Positions 1 to 15,478 are shown, counted from the stretch's first letter. The stretch: 64,000 bases of DNA from Paraspadella gotoi (GCA_051294375.1 CM119269.1:2894026-2958025); one strand, 5' to 3'. Notes: generated from the sequence alone by a model not told the origin. Program-made: numbers and translations.

Positions 1-1021
1 TTTTACAAACACAAAGAGGATTTCAATTTGATTTATAAAATTCTCACGAAAAAAAAAGTACGAGAAAACGTGAGTAGATTTAAAAGAAGAAATTAGCATT
101 GAACATTTGAAATTGGTTTTTCAGAAACGCTTTTTATCTTGACATAAAGTAAGAAATAAAATAGCGACTTTACTCCCTTCACGATTTTAAAAGTAAAAAA
201 ATAAAATTAAAAAAGATCTTTGGTTTTGATAACGATGACAGTCAATGCGTAGAGATATCACGACGACGATGATGATGACGAATACGACGACGATACCCAA
301 GAAGACGAAGAATACGAAAAAGGATTCGAAATAAAACGAAATTCTATCGCGCGTGAGAGAATTATCCTGCTAAAAAAAAAATACCGTTTATTATGGAGCG
401 AAAATGGAACGAAGATAAAAAAAAATTAAAAAAGGGGGCAAAAAGTAAAAGCCAATCGCAGCTGCGTTTCTCGATCGCGATAGGGGAAGGAGGAAGAGGA
501 GGAGGAAGAGGAAGAAGAGGAGGAGCAAGAGGATTAGTTCCTCTTCCTCGAAGAGGAATCGAATTTCCGCCGCGTGAATCGAAGACTCGAGAAAGGGTCA
601 GTCGGGGACAGAGGTAGGGGGGGAGGGCGAGAGGGGGGTGGGGGGGGGAAATGGGAAAGGGGAGGGGATGAAAAGGGTTGAGAAGGAAGAGAATTTAATG
701 GGGATGAATTAGGGACAGTGGGGGTTAGTAATTCGGGGTGAATTGAGTTTGGGAGGTTTGAACAAATATTAATTAAGGACATGGTGGATGGAGAGTCGTG
801 AAAATCTTAATTAGGGAGTGAGAGGATTAAAGGTAAATTCGCTGCGAGTGAGAAAGCGACGTGAATTTAAGGTGAATGTATTTCAAGTCGAAGAAAGGAT
901 GAGAAGAAATGACGAATATCGAGGATGATGGGGTTATCATCGCCGACGGTCGAATGTCCATCTCGTTTCTGAAAGGATTAACGCGGGGCTGTGAGAAGAG
1001 AGAGAGAAGAGAGAAGAGGAG

Positions 1022-1080
<59 letters not shown>

Positions 1081-1184
1081 CCAAGAATATAATGAGAGTT
1101 CTCAAGTCTCCAAAGTCGTTAATTAGTCAGCGATAATTCGACAAACAAAAAAGCAGAAAGATTCGCTAAATTCGACAAATAAAA

Positions 1185-1258
<74 letters not shown>

Positions 1259-2167
1259 AAGAGGAGAGAGACTGGAAGAACAAAAGAAAAAAAAATAGGA
1301 CGAAAGTTGCTTCGTCGAAATGGGAGACGGGAAGACGTCATGACTGGCACGTCGTCCACGTGGCGGCGATAATGACGACGACGACGACGAATATAACGAC
1401 GTCGATGAAGAGAATTATAACGAAGACGGAGACAACGACGAAGCCGACTACTATAATTAGTACAAGGACTACTAAAATACTCGATGACCACGATAAGGTT
1501 GTCGTTTTATTCCCCTGGTCGCGTCGAGAACAACGTCGAAGGGATAAGAAAATGTGGAGAGGATGACTCAGGAAAAAAAAAAAACTACGACGCTGTCGAT
1601 GACAAGAGAGATAAAGAAAGAACGAAGGAAAAAACAGAACGTTTCTTGTTTCGTTCTTTTACGACTTTTCGATTCGACGAAAAAATATTGACGAGCGTCG
1701 CAAAGACAATTGACAGAGAAACCAGCTGAAATAAGGAGCCATAACGACCAAGAGGACGATCGTGGCGCGACGACGACGACGACGAAGACGAATGATGTGG
1801 CGCGTTCTCCGAATTTCTTCCTCCAGAGTAACAACGCGACTTGAGAGTTGAGACCAAAAAAGCGAGCAAAGAAAATGTAAACACGACGACGACGACGACG
1901 ACGACGACGTAAGTCGCGCTTTCCACGGGTGGCCTACAATAACGCGTGGCTCAATACGATTTCTGATTGGTCGAGGAGGAATAATAAATAATAGTCGGTG
2001 ATTGGTCGAAAGAGAAGGAGAATTGAGTGTTGTAATTTTTAATTTTATTATTTCAATACATTTTTAAAGCCCATTTTTTAGATTTTTATCGATTTCGTTG
2101 TCACAAGTTGATTTGTAATTTTATAATTAGTAAACGTCAACGAAATTTATCAATTTCATTGCAACAG

Positions 2168-2416
2168 ACACCACCTGACATCTCTAGCATAAGCAAGTGT
2201 TCCGGTAGAAAGTCTTTTATTCAGGAAATGAACCACAATGCCAAACCGAGCGCAGGTGTCCGTGACTGAAAAAAAAAAACCAAATCTTTTTTTCGGTCCC
2301 CATATTTATCGATTCTTTTCAAAACAACAGATGCGGACCGACGTCGTCAATACGTGGAACGAGCGACGTCCTGTCAGTCAAGTGGCCGTTCTGATCTCGC
2401 TGACGACGAAGGGTGA
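2168..2416 (+). CDS. Possible last two coding exons (2168-2255, 2331-2416) of an unidentified gene starting upstream
   Basis: AG acceptors at 2166-67 and 2329-30 and GT donor at 2256. The exons join in frame to TPPDISSISKCSGRKSFIQEMNHNAKPSADADRRRQYVERATSCQSSGRSDLADDEG*. No recognisable domain. Confidence 0.25.
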
Positions 2417-3319
2417 ACCATTGTCATTCAGTTTGACGGGAACTGGAAAGTAGAGAGAAACTGTGCTTGAGAGCGAGAGGGTAAGACGGTCTTGCCGAAA
2501 AAAAAAATGGAATGAAGATCGAAACTGCGCTGCATCTGAGTGGTTTATTTATTTTCTGTCGCTTGAAAAAAAAAGAGAAACATGAATCACTTTGAAAAGT
2601 AAACCAACCGGTTTTTATTAATTGTTGCTCGTTTGTTATGTTTTGATGATTCAGATTTTCTTGTTTTTTTTGTTATAGGAACGTGGACAAGAACGAAGTG
2701 AGGGTCCCTGTTATAATAAACAAGTTAAAATGTCTTTTTTTTAACAAATTGAATATCGGAATAATCCGCGCCAAAATTGAATATCATGAGATTATATTTT
2801 TTTTAAGAGTCAGAAAAAAAAACTGTTTAGTAGATAAAACGATTTTTTTTATGTCAGATATATTTTATCTCCGCGTCAATGATGAGATATAAAAAAACAT
2901 TAGCACGCAGGTAGGAATCGCCGGTCTTGGAGAAATCGAGAAGAAATCATAAATTGAAAAATATCGATAGAAAATAAAAAGAAAAGATTTTGAATTTGAT
3001 TGAATGATATCCGGAGCGATGAACGCAAGCCGACAAAGGGGAAGAAATAATAGAGCAGTGGCGAAAGAAAGATTATTAAAAAGAAATTGATGTTAATAAA
3101 GTCGACGAATTAATTAGAGAGAGCTAAGGAGTAAAGTCCAGGGAGAGAGAGAGAGAGAGAAGGAATAAGAGAAATAGAAAAGGATAGAGAGAGAGAGGAA
3201 GAGATAGAGTGAAAACGATAATCAGACTTTCTAATCAGACGACAGAAAAGGAGCCAAAAACGGTGACTCAGGAACATTTTTACAGTCTTTTTTGAGAGCG
3301 AGGAACTTGAAGAAATATT

Positions 3320-3444
<125 letters not shown>

Positions 3445-5211
3445 AAGTTCGATTTTAATCGAAATGCATTCGAATGTCAAGGCCTCTGATTTAAAGAGGC
3501 AAGGCCGGTTGCAAGTCTGTTTTCAGTGCGTTGTCGAATTGTGGTAAGGCAATGGTATTGACGTGGCTGAAAGGTGAGGCCGGAGGTGAGGAAAAAAAGA
3601 GTTGGCACGAAGGGGAAAGAGCAGGAGGCAGTGCGAGGTTGACGGCGGCGACTTAGAAAAGTCTTCGACCTTAATTGGGTTTTCCGGTCGGTCAAGTTTG
3701 GACTCGTGGTTGACGGGGAAATGTTGACGCCGGAATGTTTGGACTCGTGGTTGACGGGGAAATGTTGACGCCGGAAGACGGGCAGAGAAAAGGATTGGAC
3801 AGGGAAGAAAATGTGAGGGGAAAAAAAGGAAGGACAAGAAGTTGAGGGAGATAGAAAGAAAAAAAGGGAAGGGAAAAAATTGAAGAAAAAAGAGTGGAAA
3901 ATCGATAAAAAGAAAAAGTTAAAACGAAAATCTGATAAATTTAACGGCAATCCAATTCAAAAGACGAATTGAAATGAGATAAACTCATAAATATAAAAAA
4001 TAAAGTAAAAAATAAAAAACAAAAAAAAAAAAACACAAAAAAACAGAATACAAAAATGACGAAAGATGTACTAAATGAAAAGATAGAAGAACAAATAACG
4101 AGAGATTTTTTGGCGCGCAAAATATTTCAAGTCTCCAGCCCTCCTGCTTTGATAGCACAGACACGCCCTTGGAGTAACTATGCATTAGGCTTGATTAAAT
4201 GTTAAGATAAGTAAAAGTAAATTGTAAATTCTCTCTCTTTCTCTCTCTCTCTGTTTAACCCAGACCTTTGGTTTTTCGGCGAAAAAAAATCCTCTTAAAT
4301 CTGAGATTCACGATTTTCATTCGACGGTAAATTAAAAAAAGGGGATTTTTCTCTTTTTATTTAATTTTTATTCTTTTTTTTGGCAGAGCTTTAAGCAAAA
4401 ACAGATGCTTTTTTAAAATTATTACGCGTACTTAAGTAGAAAAAGAATGATAGGAGATATTTTTTTTTTTTAATTTTGACTTCTGGTTTCAAAATTTGGG
4501 CAACTTTGTTTTCCCTTTAATAGTTTAACGATTACGCGGAGCCAGTTTACGTTTGTTTTTTATTTTTGTCAAAGTTGAAAACTATTGAGTAAGAAGACGA
4601 AGAAAAGCGGTGGTCGGATTTTTAATGACCGACTTGTGTCGATAAATGGCGTTTCGTCAATTTGGAAATTGGGCGGTGGCTCATGAAGATGGCGGCTCGT
4701 AGTCTCAATTGCGAATTTCAATTGGCAATTGAGCAGCGGTTATTGCAAAGTTTAAAATGAACACGAAACCTGTTGTCAAAATGGCCAAGATTGCAACAAC
4801 AAAAACAAAAAAATCAGCGTCGATGACTAAATCCAAACGACATTTATGATGAAAGTAAAAAAGAGTAAAATATAAATAAAAATAAAAGTAAGATAATCGT
4901 TGTGTGGCGAAGCCATAATGATAATTGCAAATTTGATAGATGGCTTCCCTCGCATTTTTAAAAAAATAATAATAACATAATATATTCGAGAAACACTCAT
5001 TTATAGAGATTTTTCAGAGGCTTAACCTTTCAAGACGTCAATTTTCTCTTCGATTGCTTTTTTGTTTTCATAGAGGAGGCGCCGCGTTCCCCGATGATGT
5101 TTGTTTTGAGCCCCATGGGTAATTGACTTTCGCAGTTTTCTTTTCCCATCGCAAGGATTCTTTTTCTTTTGAAGACGAAATGAGCAACAAACGAAAATCT
5201 AAACGGATTGA

Positions 5212-5242
<31 letters not shown>

Positions 5243-8200
5243 TTTATCGACGTCGTCGTCCCTCTCCTTTTCTCTCTCTCTCTTTGGTCGAAAACTGAAT
5301 TGGTTTTGATTGGCCTTCTCATAATGGATCGCATCTCCGGATTCTAATTGGTCGCTCTGTGAGGTCAGAGACGAGCGTCTCAATTACTTCCAAAAGAGAT
5401 GAGAAACCCGAACTGGAAGATGGGAGGAGAAAGGGAGTAAAGAAAAAAAAGAAAGGAGAAAGAAAAAAGTTGCTCCTCCCGTCCGAAAGAAAGAGACGTA
5501 ACCCGAAGCGTTTCTACGAGTGAATATCAGATTACCTGAGTAAATCGTCAACTTAAACACGTTGAAAGCTTTTCCGATCTAAACCCGTCTTGCCATGAAA
5601 AATTGCAAGATTTCTAGTTTTACTAAATTAGAATTTAAAATTTTATATTCAAATTTTAAAATAAATGTAAGAATTTAATAAATTTCACTATATTCTTTAT
5701 ATAGAGTATATTTTTTTATAATGTGATGGGGAGAGGGATGTTAGTGTTGTCTTCTGGAAATATAGGGAGCATCTATACAACACAAAGTTAAAAGTTACTT
5801 TCTGCCCTAGTTTTCTAATTAGATATTTGACATTCATGTTCTTCTTGTTAAGAAGTCATTTATTGAAAATTTCAAAATATCTAAAAGTCTGAACGGAAAG
5901 GGGTGAAGACTGAAGAGGATAATTTATTACGGGATTAAGGTTATTGATTAATGATTATTGATTTTGTTATTGTTGAGGGTTAAGGGATACATACCGTGTA
6001 AGTTGGAACACTATCTAGTTCAGAAATCATAGCGATCAATCCACCTCTATTTTATTTTCTGAATAAAGGGGTCTAGCTGTATTTTTCAAGAAAGTGCCAA
6101 GAAGTTTTATTCGTCATCAAAGATGGACGTGTGAAATACCAATAAAAGTTTTGGTCTTTCGCCAATATAAACGTTCATCATGCATCCAGAAATTAAGTTT
6201 TATTTTTCTAGTAGAACCAAAATGAAAAGTTTGCTCTGTTTAGTTTTTTAAGCGAAATTTCTTTGTCAAAAGACAAAACATATTTTTAGTTGCGCCGCGA
6301 GTACTCGCGGAGCAACTCTTTAAGTCACTTTTCGGTCGGTCGGTCCGTCGGTCGGTCAGTCGGTATGTCTGTTCATCAGTCTGTCCCACTTACATTAAAA
6401 CCGCTTATAACTTGCCTATAGATTGTTGCTCATTTTTTGAAAATCAAATCTAATGATAAGTAAAAAGAAAAATAATGCGGCTCAACACCTTGGAATAACC
6501 GTTCCTTGTTTACTTTTTAAATCAAAAGATAAAAAAATTAAAGCAAAAGCTCTCATATTTAAATGTTCTCTTATGCACGTTTATGTTAATATTAATATTA
6601 ATATATATTATATTTATTTATATATATTAATATAAATATTATATTAATATNNNNNNNNNNCGGATGCCTTTTCTCCCTTATCTCTTGTTTATTTGCGTCC
6701 TCGGGCTTTTTATATCTCGATGTTCGCCCACGACGACGACGACGACGACGACGACAATAACAACGATAACAGTGACGACCAAAAAAAATACACGACCGTT
6801 AAGTCATGTATTAAAAGCCAAAAAATATTTAAATGTTCTTTTATGCACGTTTATGTTAATATTAATTTTAATATATATTATATTTATTTATATATATTAA
6901 TATTAATATTATATTAATATTAATAATATTAATCCCATCGACGACGATGTTGATTTAAGTGTTTATTTAAAAACGACCTAAAAGAAAAAAGAAAAAAGAC
7001 AGGAGGTGTTTTTCACACGGTTTTTTTTTTCTTCCAAACTTTGTTAGCGCCTTTTCGGACCCTAATTAGCTGGAGGCATCGTGGGGAAGCAGCTGCTGAA
7101 ATCAGAAAGCAAAAAAGGATCTTCACTTTCTCGAAAAAAAAAAAGTCTTCGAGTCCGAAAAGACTCGAGAGGCTAATCTTCCACTTCTTTCTCGCCCACG
7201 CAAACAGTTCGTCGTCGTTGTTGTTGCGATTGCGGTAGTCTTTGGATCGGTCGGAGAACGTCTCACCAAAGTGTGAGACGTGAAAGGACGAATCCGAGCG
7301 ACCACTGACGTCACTCGCGGCGATAAAAGCTTCGTTTTTATCTCGCGACAACATCGTTGGCTTCCTCTTGCTNNNNNNNNNNNNNNNNNNNNNNNNNNNN
7401 NNNNNNNNNNNNNNNNNNNNNNNNNNNNNNNNNNNNNNNNNNNNNNNNNNNNNNNNNNNNNNNNNNNNNNNNNNNNNNNNNNNNNNNNNNNNNNNNNNNN
7501 NNNNNNNNNNNNNNNNNNNNNNNNNNNNNNNNNNNNNNNNNNNNNNNNNNNNNNNNNNNNNNNNNNNNNNNNNNNNNGCCACAGTTACGAAGACCTCAGT
7601 CCTCCCGATCAACTTTGGCACATCCTATCACGCCAGACCATCTCCTTAAACCTACCCAAACATTTCACACCAACTCCGATGTTTATTTCCCTCCGGACAA
7701 GATCGCGACACAACTTCTCGCCCTTTTTTTTTTTTTTTTTGAGGCCCTCGACCCAACCCCCTTTTCACGGAGTCTGCTCTTTCCTCGAAAGCCTCGTCTC
7801 ACCATCCAATTCTCTCCCGTACCCCACCGCCCCCCACCGCCCCCCCAGTATCCCCCTTCTCTCCCTCTTCAAGCATTCGATTCTAATCCACTTTGTTCGT
7901 CTTCCGATTTCGTCTCTCGTCCCGAATTCGTCTTTCTCTTTCGTCCCTCGTCCATCTCAAGGTTCGGATCTTCTCCTCTTTCTTTCTCAACAAAAACAAC
8001 AACAATAATAACAACAACCAAGAAAAACAACATTTTCCCCGAAAGACCTTGAAAAGGAATCGTTAACCTTTTTCTTTCGTTCCTAATTTAACTTTGTTTC
8101 TTTTGCCGTAACTGTTCTCTTCATTTCCTCTCTCGATGGCTTCTGTGCAAAACTCAGCAACAACAAAAACAACAACAACAACAACAGTTACAGCAGAGCA

Positions 8201-9006
8201 AGGACCTGGAAACGGAAACAGTTCCCTTTATTCCTTTTTCCTACCAGAGAGGCATTTGACTTTTCTCCTGTTATATCTTGACCTGTATATTCTTCACTAC
8301 TGTATCTGAGTGTATCTCTCCCTTACATACATATCTAGATTTACAATTTTACACAAATAGATCTTTTAGTTTGTCTTTTTAATTCAGTCAAACTCCCTCT
8401 TCACGGATCACAGACCACACTACATGCCACCTAAAACAACTGGATGCGTTTTACGTACTAAAACCGGAAGTGGCCAGAAGAGAATCGCCTTCTTCCAAGA
8501 TTTTATCTTTATTTTCTCATCGTCGTCGTCGTCGTCGTCGTCCTTGTCGTCGTCCTTACTGCGAATTGGATAAGATAAAGAATATTCGCTCTCTGATAAT
8601 ATTTTAAAAGGTTATAAAAGTTTTTGTTATTAATACCTTTTGTGACGTCAAATTTGCACACAAAAATAAATATACAGTGTGTCCAGAGCTTTATAATGCA
8701 GTAATCATTATTTTTAAAATTATCTATTACCTTAATCATATTACTATATTTTAATTGATTTAATAATAATTTATTGAATAAATAGCAACCATTTTGTTCT
8801 GGCTTTTAAAGTTTCCAATTGTACACAACTTCAAATAATAAAAGAGAGGATGGGCGATGGGAAGAGAGGATGGGCGATGGGAAGAGAGGATTAAAGTGGA
8901 TTGGGGAAAAAATTTGGGAAGTCGAAGATTGTTAATAGCTTCAGATTAAGAAGTGTGAGTTTTAAAAGGTAAGGCGTGGTGATGTTTTTTAAAAACAATT
9001 TTTATA

Positions 9007-9142
9007 AGAGTTTGAAATTAGTTTCAACAACGATTTATTTTATTAATAACGGACATGTTTCGGCTTATGTACAAGCCTTCATCAGCATTAAAAACAGCGT
9101 TAATAATAAAATAAATCGTTGTTGAAACTAATTTCAAACTCT
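9007..9142 (-). mobile_element. Penelope-like element remnant: inverted repeat enclosing a minimal type I hammerhead ribozyme (core 9052-9085)
   Basis: Arms 9007-9050 and 9099-9142. The minus strand reads taatg CTGATGA a ggctt gtacat aagcc GAAA CATG TC cgtta: hammerhead core, 1-bp stem III with palindromic ACATGT, stem I taatg/cgtta. Confidence 0.75.
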
Positions 9143-9525
9143 TCTAATTGTCATTACACAACGAAACGAAAGGATTATATCACAAAAACAATTTTTAAAT
9201 TCTTTTAAAATATATATATATACTACATCTGAAGATGGGTTTTAGGAAAAACACGAAAACGTAATGACAAAAAAAGGGAAAATAGAAACAATGTTGCTAC
9301 GGTGAAAGGAGTCGAAAGAAGGAAAAAAAGCCAAAGAAATAGAGAGAAAGAAGCGATAATTTGGAACGAAGCTGCGAGAATCGGAGGAACGCGTCAAATT
9401 ATCGACAATTACCAATTTGGCCCCAAGGCGCGTCTTTTGTCGCCCGTGAAAAAAAAGGGGGGGGGGCGCGAATTCGAGGCCGATAGCGAAAAACGCGCGG
9501 GGAAAACAAAAGGACAGCGATGACG

Positions 9526-9793
9526 TGTCACGAAGCTTTTAAGGTGAAGAGAAAATGTCCGTTATGGCCTGTGATACCCGGGGCGCGGGGTATCTCACCA
9601 ACTGGCGTAGGGGCTGCGGACCCACAGTGACCGCCTCCTGTCACTGGCATGCTTATACCGGCACCGTCACATTTAAGCCAGAACCGGGATACCCAGGGAT
9701 TGAACCCGGGACGCACGGATGGAATGAGATGATTTAGCCTGCTCAGCCATTGAGCCGGACAGCAGTGAGGCAGCTTTAAGTCTTGCTGCCACA
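9526..9793 (-). mobile_element. Solo-LTR-like element (family 2) with tRNA-like head and twister ribozyme
   Basis: TG...CA ends, 5' hairpin ggcagc/gctgcc, B-box GGTTCAATCCC, twister fold at 9602-9681. Homologous to 48428-48716. TSD not clear. Confidence 0.65.
9602..9681 (-). ncRNA. Type-P5 twister ribozyme (family 2)
   Basis: ctggc..atgt GA CGG tgccggta TAA gcat GC cagtgac/gtcactg tggg TCCGCAGC ccct..gccag. T1 CCG/CGG, P2 gcat/atgt, one L4 A>C change. Confidence 0.7.
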
Positions 9794-10479
9794 CCGTTGA
9801 ATTTTTTTTCATGGAGAACTTTTAAAAAACTTTATTGTAAATCACTTTTTGTTATTACTCCATTTCATTAACGGTTATGATTGGATACAAATTAAATACC
9901 TTTACTTTAGCCTTACAAAAAACAATTGTAAAATAAATCAAACACTTTTTCCCCGACCAAATATTTTTGACAACTAAACTCTGTGTACCAGATCTGGCAT
10001 AATTTCAGACTGTTTAGCCAGTGAAAAAATGATCTGGCATATAGAATACAATCTGGCATATTCCAAATGTAAAAAAAATTTAGGTTTTCTGATCTACCAT
10101 ATTGGACAAAGTATGAAAAACACTTCCTCTGGCAATATAAATCGGTATTAAATATTCTATTTGCTTATTTTATAATTTCAGTTTAAGCCCTTGAAAGCCA
10201 CTGGTATAAATCAGTGATGGCTTTCAAGGCTTTCAAACTAAATGCATTACCTAAATATCATTCATTTTTTTACGAGTTCAGTGTTCACGCTGTAAGATTT
10301 TCTCTTGTGTTTCGCCGCAGAAATACATAAAGAATACCCGAAATAAAAAAAAATATTTCAAAAACCTTTTTCGTGTTTTAAGAGATTTGCGTTGTTAAAT
10401 CGGATTGCGGCAAATAAAAGAAGAGTAAATAAAACCCTTTCACTTTTATACCGTTTTGCCCAAACGAGGCAGGCTTTTT

Positions 10480-10518
<39 letters not shown>

Positions 10519-12730
10519 CATTCTTCGTAGCCATCGATCCAGAACTCTACCAGACCAGCCGATCAGACTTGACCATCTTCCGGCGCGGCACAGGCCGAAT
10601 ATCCTTCTGACACCATCGATATATCCAAATCTCGATCTCCGGAACACTCGACAGAGAGCAAATGTCGTCGCTGATTCGTCTCTCTCTTCTCTCTCTTCAC
10701 TCTCGTCTCTCTCTCTCTCCTCTCCTTCTCACTCGTGCTTCTCCTACCGGCCTAAATAGGATTTTCCCAGAGAGAAGATTTCTGCGCAAATCCCGAATAA
10801 TTGAATTGAGTGACGCAAGACACGTGAATGGCGCGCACGTCTACTCAGCTCTTCCGTCTTCCCGTCCCACCTCTAGCTTCCCACACCCTTTTCTCCCTCT
10901 TCTTTCATTCATGTCTCCCTCCTCAACACTCACGGCAATCTCCCTTCCCTCCCTCTAGTCCGCCTCGGCATCCAGAATCCCCGCAAGCAAAGCAACAGCT
11001 CGCTCGAACAGCCTGCATTCCTTCTCTTCCGCCACGGATTATCCGACTCTGGAAACTGCAGCATGCCATTCAATCCCACTCTCTTCGAATCACGTCTCGG
11101 ATCTCTTCTCCTCTCACAACACCAATCCAGACACATCACAACCGAATTTCGTACACGATTTCTCAGGGCTACGCCTATCCGTCAACCCTCTAGGCGTCTA
11201 CACTGACCCCGTGGAGTTAGCCATCCGCCACAAGTACCCTTTCGTTCCCTTCTTTCCGTCGAGCGTTGGGACGCGTTTCTTTGAGACAAATTGCCATAAC
11301 TCTGGGCCCATTCTACTCCCGCGTCGAGAGGATGCGCCCACGTCTCCCGCCATTTGTTTCTGGTTACCGTACCATATCAATTTCTCTCTCTCTCTCTCTA
11401 CCTACGTTGCAGCCTGCCCACAGCTCTCCGTTCATGATTTTCTACTGAGATTTCTCTCACAACAAGAGAAAAATAGGAATGAACGATTTGGTTCCTCTCG
11501 TGACGCTTAAGTAGCAATTATATTACCTCTAGGCAAACTCACAAGTTAACAAACCAAACAAAGAAAAAAGACAGAAAGATAATTGCAAAAATTATAGTTA
11601 TATAGCCATAATAAAAGGATATATTCATCTTTTTTTTTAAATTCCGCCTTTCATTCGACTGAACCGCCACGACCAAAAAGTTTATAGTGTGTTCGGTTCG
11701 GGCTGTGGATCAGACACTTGTCAGCGGGCGTGTACGCGTTAGGTTTACGATCTGTATTACAGCTAAAGTGAGAAGGCTTCTAGAGATGTTTGCGTATGTA
11801 GTATCGATTCGTGATGAGAGGAAATAGTCAGTGCTATGTCGGGCGATCGCTCTGAAGGCAGGGGCGCGATACTAGATTCCGGAGGCGAATGTGTGCATTG
11901 TCTATTTCGCTGCCGACTTTCGTCAAGGTTGGATGGAGAGGATTAGGAGAGAAGAGAGAGGTATGAGACGAGAGAGGCGAGACGAGGCGAAGAGTTGAGA
12001 ACGGAAGGAAGAGGCAGGAGTGTGAGGAATGGAGAGTTCGTGCTGAGAAGGAGAGTCAATCGTGTCCCGTAGCGAACAGATGGAAAATCGTCCCGGAGCG
12101 AAACGAAGAATGGAAGAAAGAAAATAAAAGGGAGTAAGAATTTTTTTTTTAAGTTAGAAAAGAAAGCAAAGAAAAGAAAGAGAAGAATAGAAAGAAAAAG
12201 AAAGATAAGAAAAGAAAAGAAAGTCAGAGGGGCGTCGAAGGGGCGACACAATCTCCTTATAAAATTCTTCTCTCTGCCCACGTTTTTGACATTCTGACAT
12301 TTTGGTCGAAACCGAAGTCGCTTATGTGAAAATCCTTCCATGCGAAAAAAAAGAATCAGAACACCCATTCTTCAAATATATTTTTGGGCTTGATATAATA
12401 ATATACATATAATTTTTCAAACTGCCGAAACATGTCCTGGCTTATTAATTGTCAATAAAAATCGTTGTTTAAACTCAAAAACTGTTTTCTCCTTAATACC
12501 TATTAGCAACGAAAAGATAGTTAATACACAATAATATCCAAATATATTTCGACATGGATGGAATCATTATCGAATTTTTTAATATGAAAGTTGCAAAATT
12601 ACTTGTTTGGTAATGATTTTTTTATGGTTTTGAGCCATCTACTTTTAAAATTTATTTCTAATTTGTTCCATTATTTTTTTTTCTCTCTCTCTCTCTAGCT
12701 CGCTCTCGCATCTCTCTTCTCTCTACTTCA

Positions 12731-12765
<35 letters not shown>

Positions 12766-13209
12766 CTCTCTCTCTAAAGTTTGACTATGACTCATTTCAT
12801 TTGTCTTTCTGGGCATTCATAATCAGCGAGAGGCTTTTAAGCCCCTTACCTCGAGCAGCCTCCTTATCTTTGCCAAGTCGTCTTCACCAAAGAAAAACTT
12901 ACCGCCCTTCGCCGATGATTGAAAAAAAGAAAAATTACTGTTTGCTTTTAACTTTTTTTTCGTCTACGTCAGTCTTACTAATGTGTTACATTTTTTAAAA
13001 AAACATTATCCTTGATAAAATAAGGTTATTAGGCAGAAAGATAGAAAATTTGGCTAAAGAGAATTGTATTTGTCAACGACGTTACATAAAATATAAACTA
13101 ATTTTGTTGATAGGTTACAACCAAAAATATCGCAGTGATTCCTACAAATTGTGACTCACATTGAGCGACAAAACGTTTTAAATCGCGTTGATTTATATGG
13201 ACCTCGTCG

Positions 13210-13282
<73 letters not shown>

Positions 13283-13501
13283 GGCAGTGATTTTTTTAGT
13301 CTATCTCCTCCTTCATCATCCTAATGTTGTGCACTAGTCGATTTTCCTTTGGTTGATCTTTTATCTAATTTTAGCTTCCTAAAACATTCTGAAAATTCTT
13401 TGATTAAACCAAGATAGAGGGTCCATTGAATTAATTCGAAAATCTCTTGATCTCTCGCAGCTTCGAGCAAATGGATGGGCCTCTCTCTCTCCCTCTCCCT
13501 C

Positions 13502-13532
<31 letters not shown>

Positions 13533-15200
13533 CTTTTTTTTATTTGGACAATTAAAAAAAATAGGATCGGGTTTAGAATAAAAAAAATCATGAAAACTCA
13601 AACAAAACTTTTCCAGATAAACAAACAGAAGGGGGGCGACATTTGCTAAGAAGCTAAAACCTCTCGGCTCTTTCGATTTGTAAATGGAGAGAATAATTTT
13701 AGTGAGCGTCGTTTTTTGCTTTTCCTTTCCTTTTTTCAGCCTTAGTGTGCGGTGTGGGGTGTGCAGTGTGCGGTGTGCAGTGTGCAGTGTGCAGTGTGCA
13801 GTGTGGGATGTGCGGAATATTTTCAACAATGTATTGTTCTCAATTTTTTTAACCTAAAACACGCATATGTAAAGAATCTTCCTCATTGTTTTCAAAAAAA
13901 TAAGATTTCTCCGCGACGCAGTAAATTCGGATCGCTTACCCGGATCCACTTACCCGAGGCGCTTTGATCGAAGGGGCCGACCCGCCCCGAGCTTATGGAG
14001 GGGCACGTCGCCCCTCTTATCGTTGGGCGGGCGAAGAAAGAAGGAATACAGATATGTTGATGGGTCGCAATTAGCAAGGGTCGATAAAGGTCAGCTTGGG
14101 TCTGCTAGTGGGGGGTAGCGTCGGCTAGAGTCTCTAAGTGATTTACGTACAAAAATGAAAATACTTTAAAAGGAGTGAAAAGGCGACAAATGACAAGTAA
14201 ATATATAAGTATCCAAGTATTGTACAACTTCTCTAAAGGGAAAAAAGGGCAAGAGATGTTGTCACAGCGTCACACACACAAACACAGACCCATAAAAAAA
14301 TCTGACCTAAAAAGATAAGGAGACGAAATCGTGAATCAGCGTCGCTTTCACGGTTTTGGTGAACTCGTATTTCACTCCCGATTCACGAAAGGCCATCGGT
14401 CACGTTTAGTCAAAGCTCAATCTCGGGCAATGGAAAGCCGACTACGAATTAGTTAAACGAGTTTTTAAAAAAGAGTTTCATAAAAATAATTATAATTACA
14501 TAGTTTTTTGTTGCTCTGCGAGTACTTGCGCAGCAACTGTCTGTCCGTCGGTTTGTTCCACTTATATTTTAAATACTAAGATAAGGTATTTTTAAATACT
14601 TTTTGTGCTTATGTTTCATACTTGTTTAGTCACATAAAAAATTCATTGCGACAGGTTTAGGGAAATATTTGTTTGTTTTGCTTAAAACTTATAGAAGTAA
14701 AAAACTATAAGGCGCTACTTGAGTAGTCACATGATCTTCGGAAAATGTATCCAGGTAAGAAAGTTAAAGCGTCGCTACTCAATGAGTTTGCCAGTTATTG
14801 TTTTAACTTTTAAAAAAAATTGTGAACGGCGAGAACTGCTAGCCCTATCATTTAAAGTACTATCAATGTCTTCGATTAAGTAAAAATAAATAAAAGGTTA
14901 CACAAGCAATTAGATAAAAGTTTGGCCAAAAGTAAAGATACAATCATGGTTAAAAGGCCACAAAAAACTGAGAAAATTAAAAAGTATATGAAGAAAAAAC
15001 TAAATAATAATAAACTGAATCTTTAACAAGCTTGAATTGCGCGAGTTGTCGCTAACTGATGTACGAAATACGAAACTCGTCGACTGGAAAAGCGAATGCA
15101 TCTCTGCTGATTGTATTGCTATTGGGGTCTCGTCATTCCAGAGGATTATTAACGCGTCAGTCAGAAAGAAATTAAGCCAATTGACTAATGCATTAGGGAA

Positions 15201-15277
<77 letters not shown>

Positions 15278-15429
15278 TCAATTCGAGACAAAGAGGCGAA
15301 ATTTGGGGTCGAATTCGTCGGCTCGATTCGAGACAGGGTCGGAGGGTCTGTGGCTGAGGTTTTGACCATAAAAGTCTTGGGTGGGATTTGAAGGCCGAGG
15401 GTGGGAAGGAGAGAGAGAGAGAGAGAGAA

Positions 15430-15478
<49 letters not shown>

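Noticed and set aside
3697-3776. ~40-bp tandem duplication
   Set aside because: Two copies only, with no further structure.
6556-6920. ~95-bp direct repeat on both sides of a 10-N gap
   Set aside because: Probably a contig-overlap artefact.
10185-10235. Hairpin ccttgaaagcca..tggctttcaagg as a pre-miRNA
   Set aside because: Single copy, no recognisable mature sequence; cannot be distinguished from a MITE remnant.
10520-11940. Balanced-composition region with overlapping ORFs
   Set aside because: No motifs or consistent splice sites; may be low-quality gap-fill sequence.
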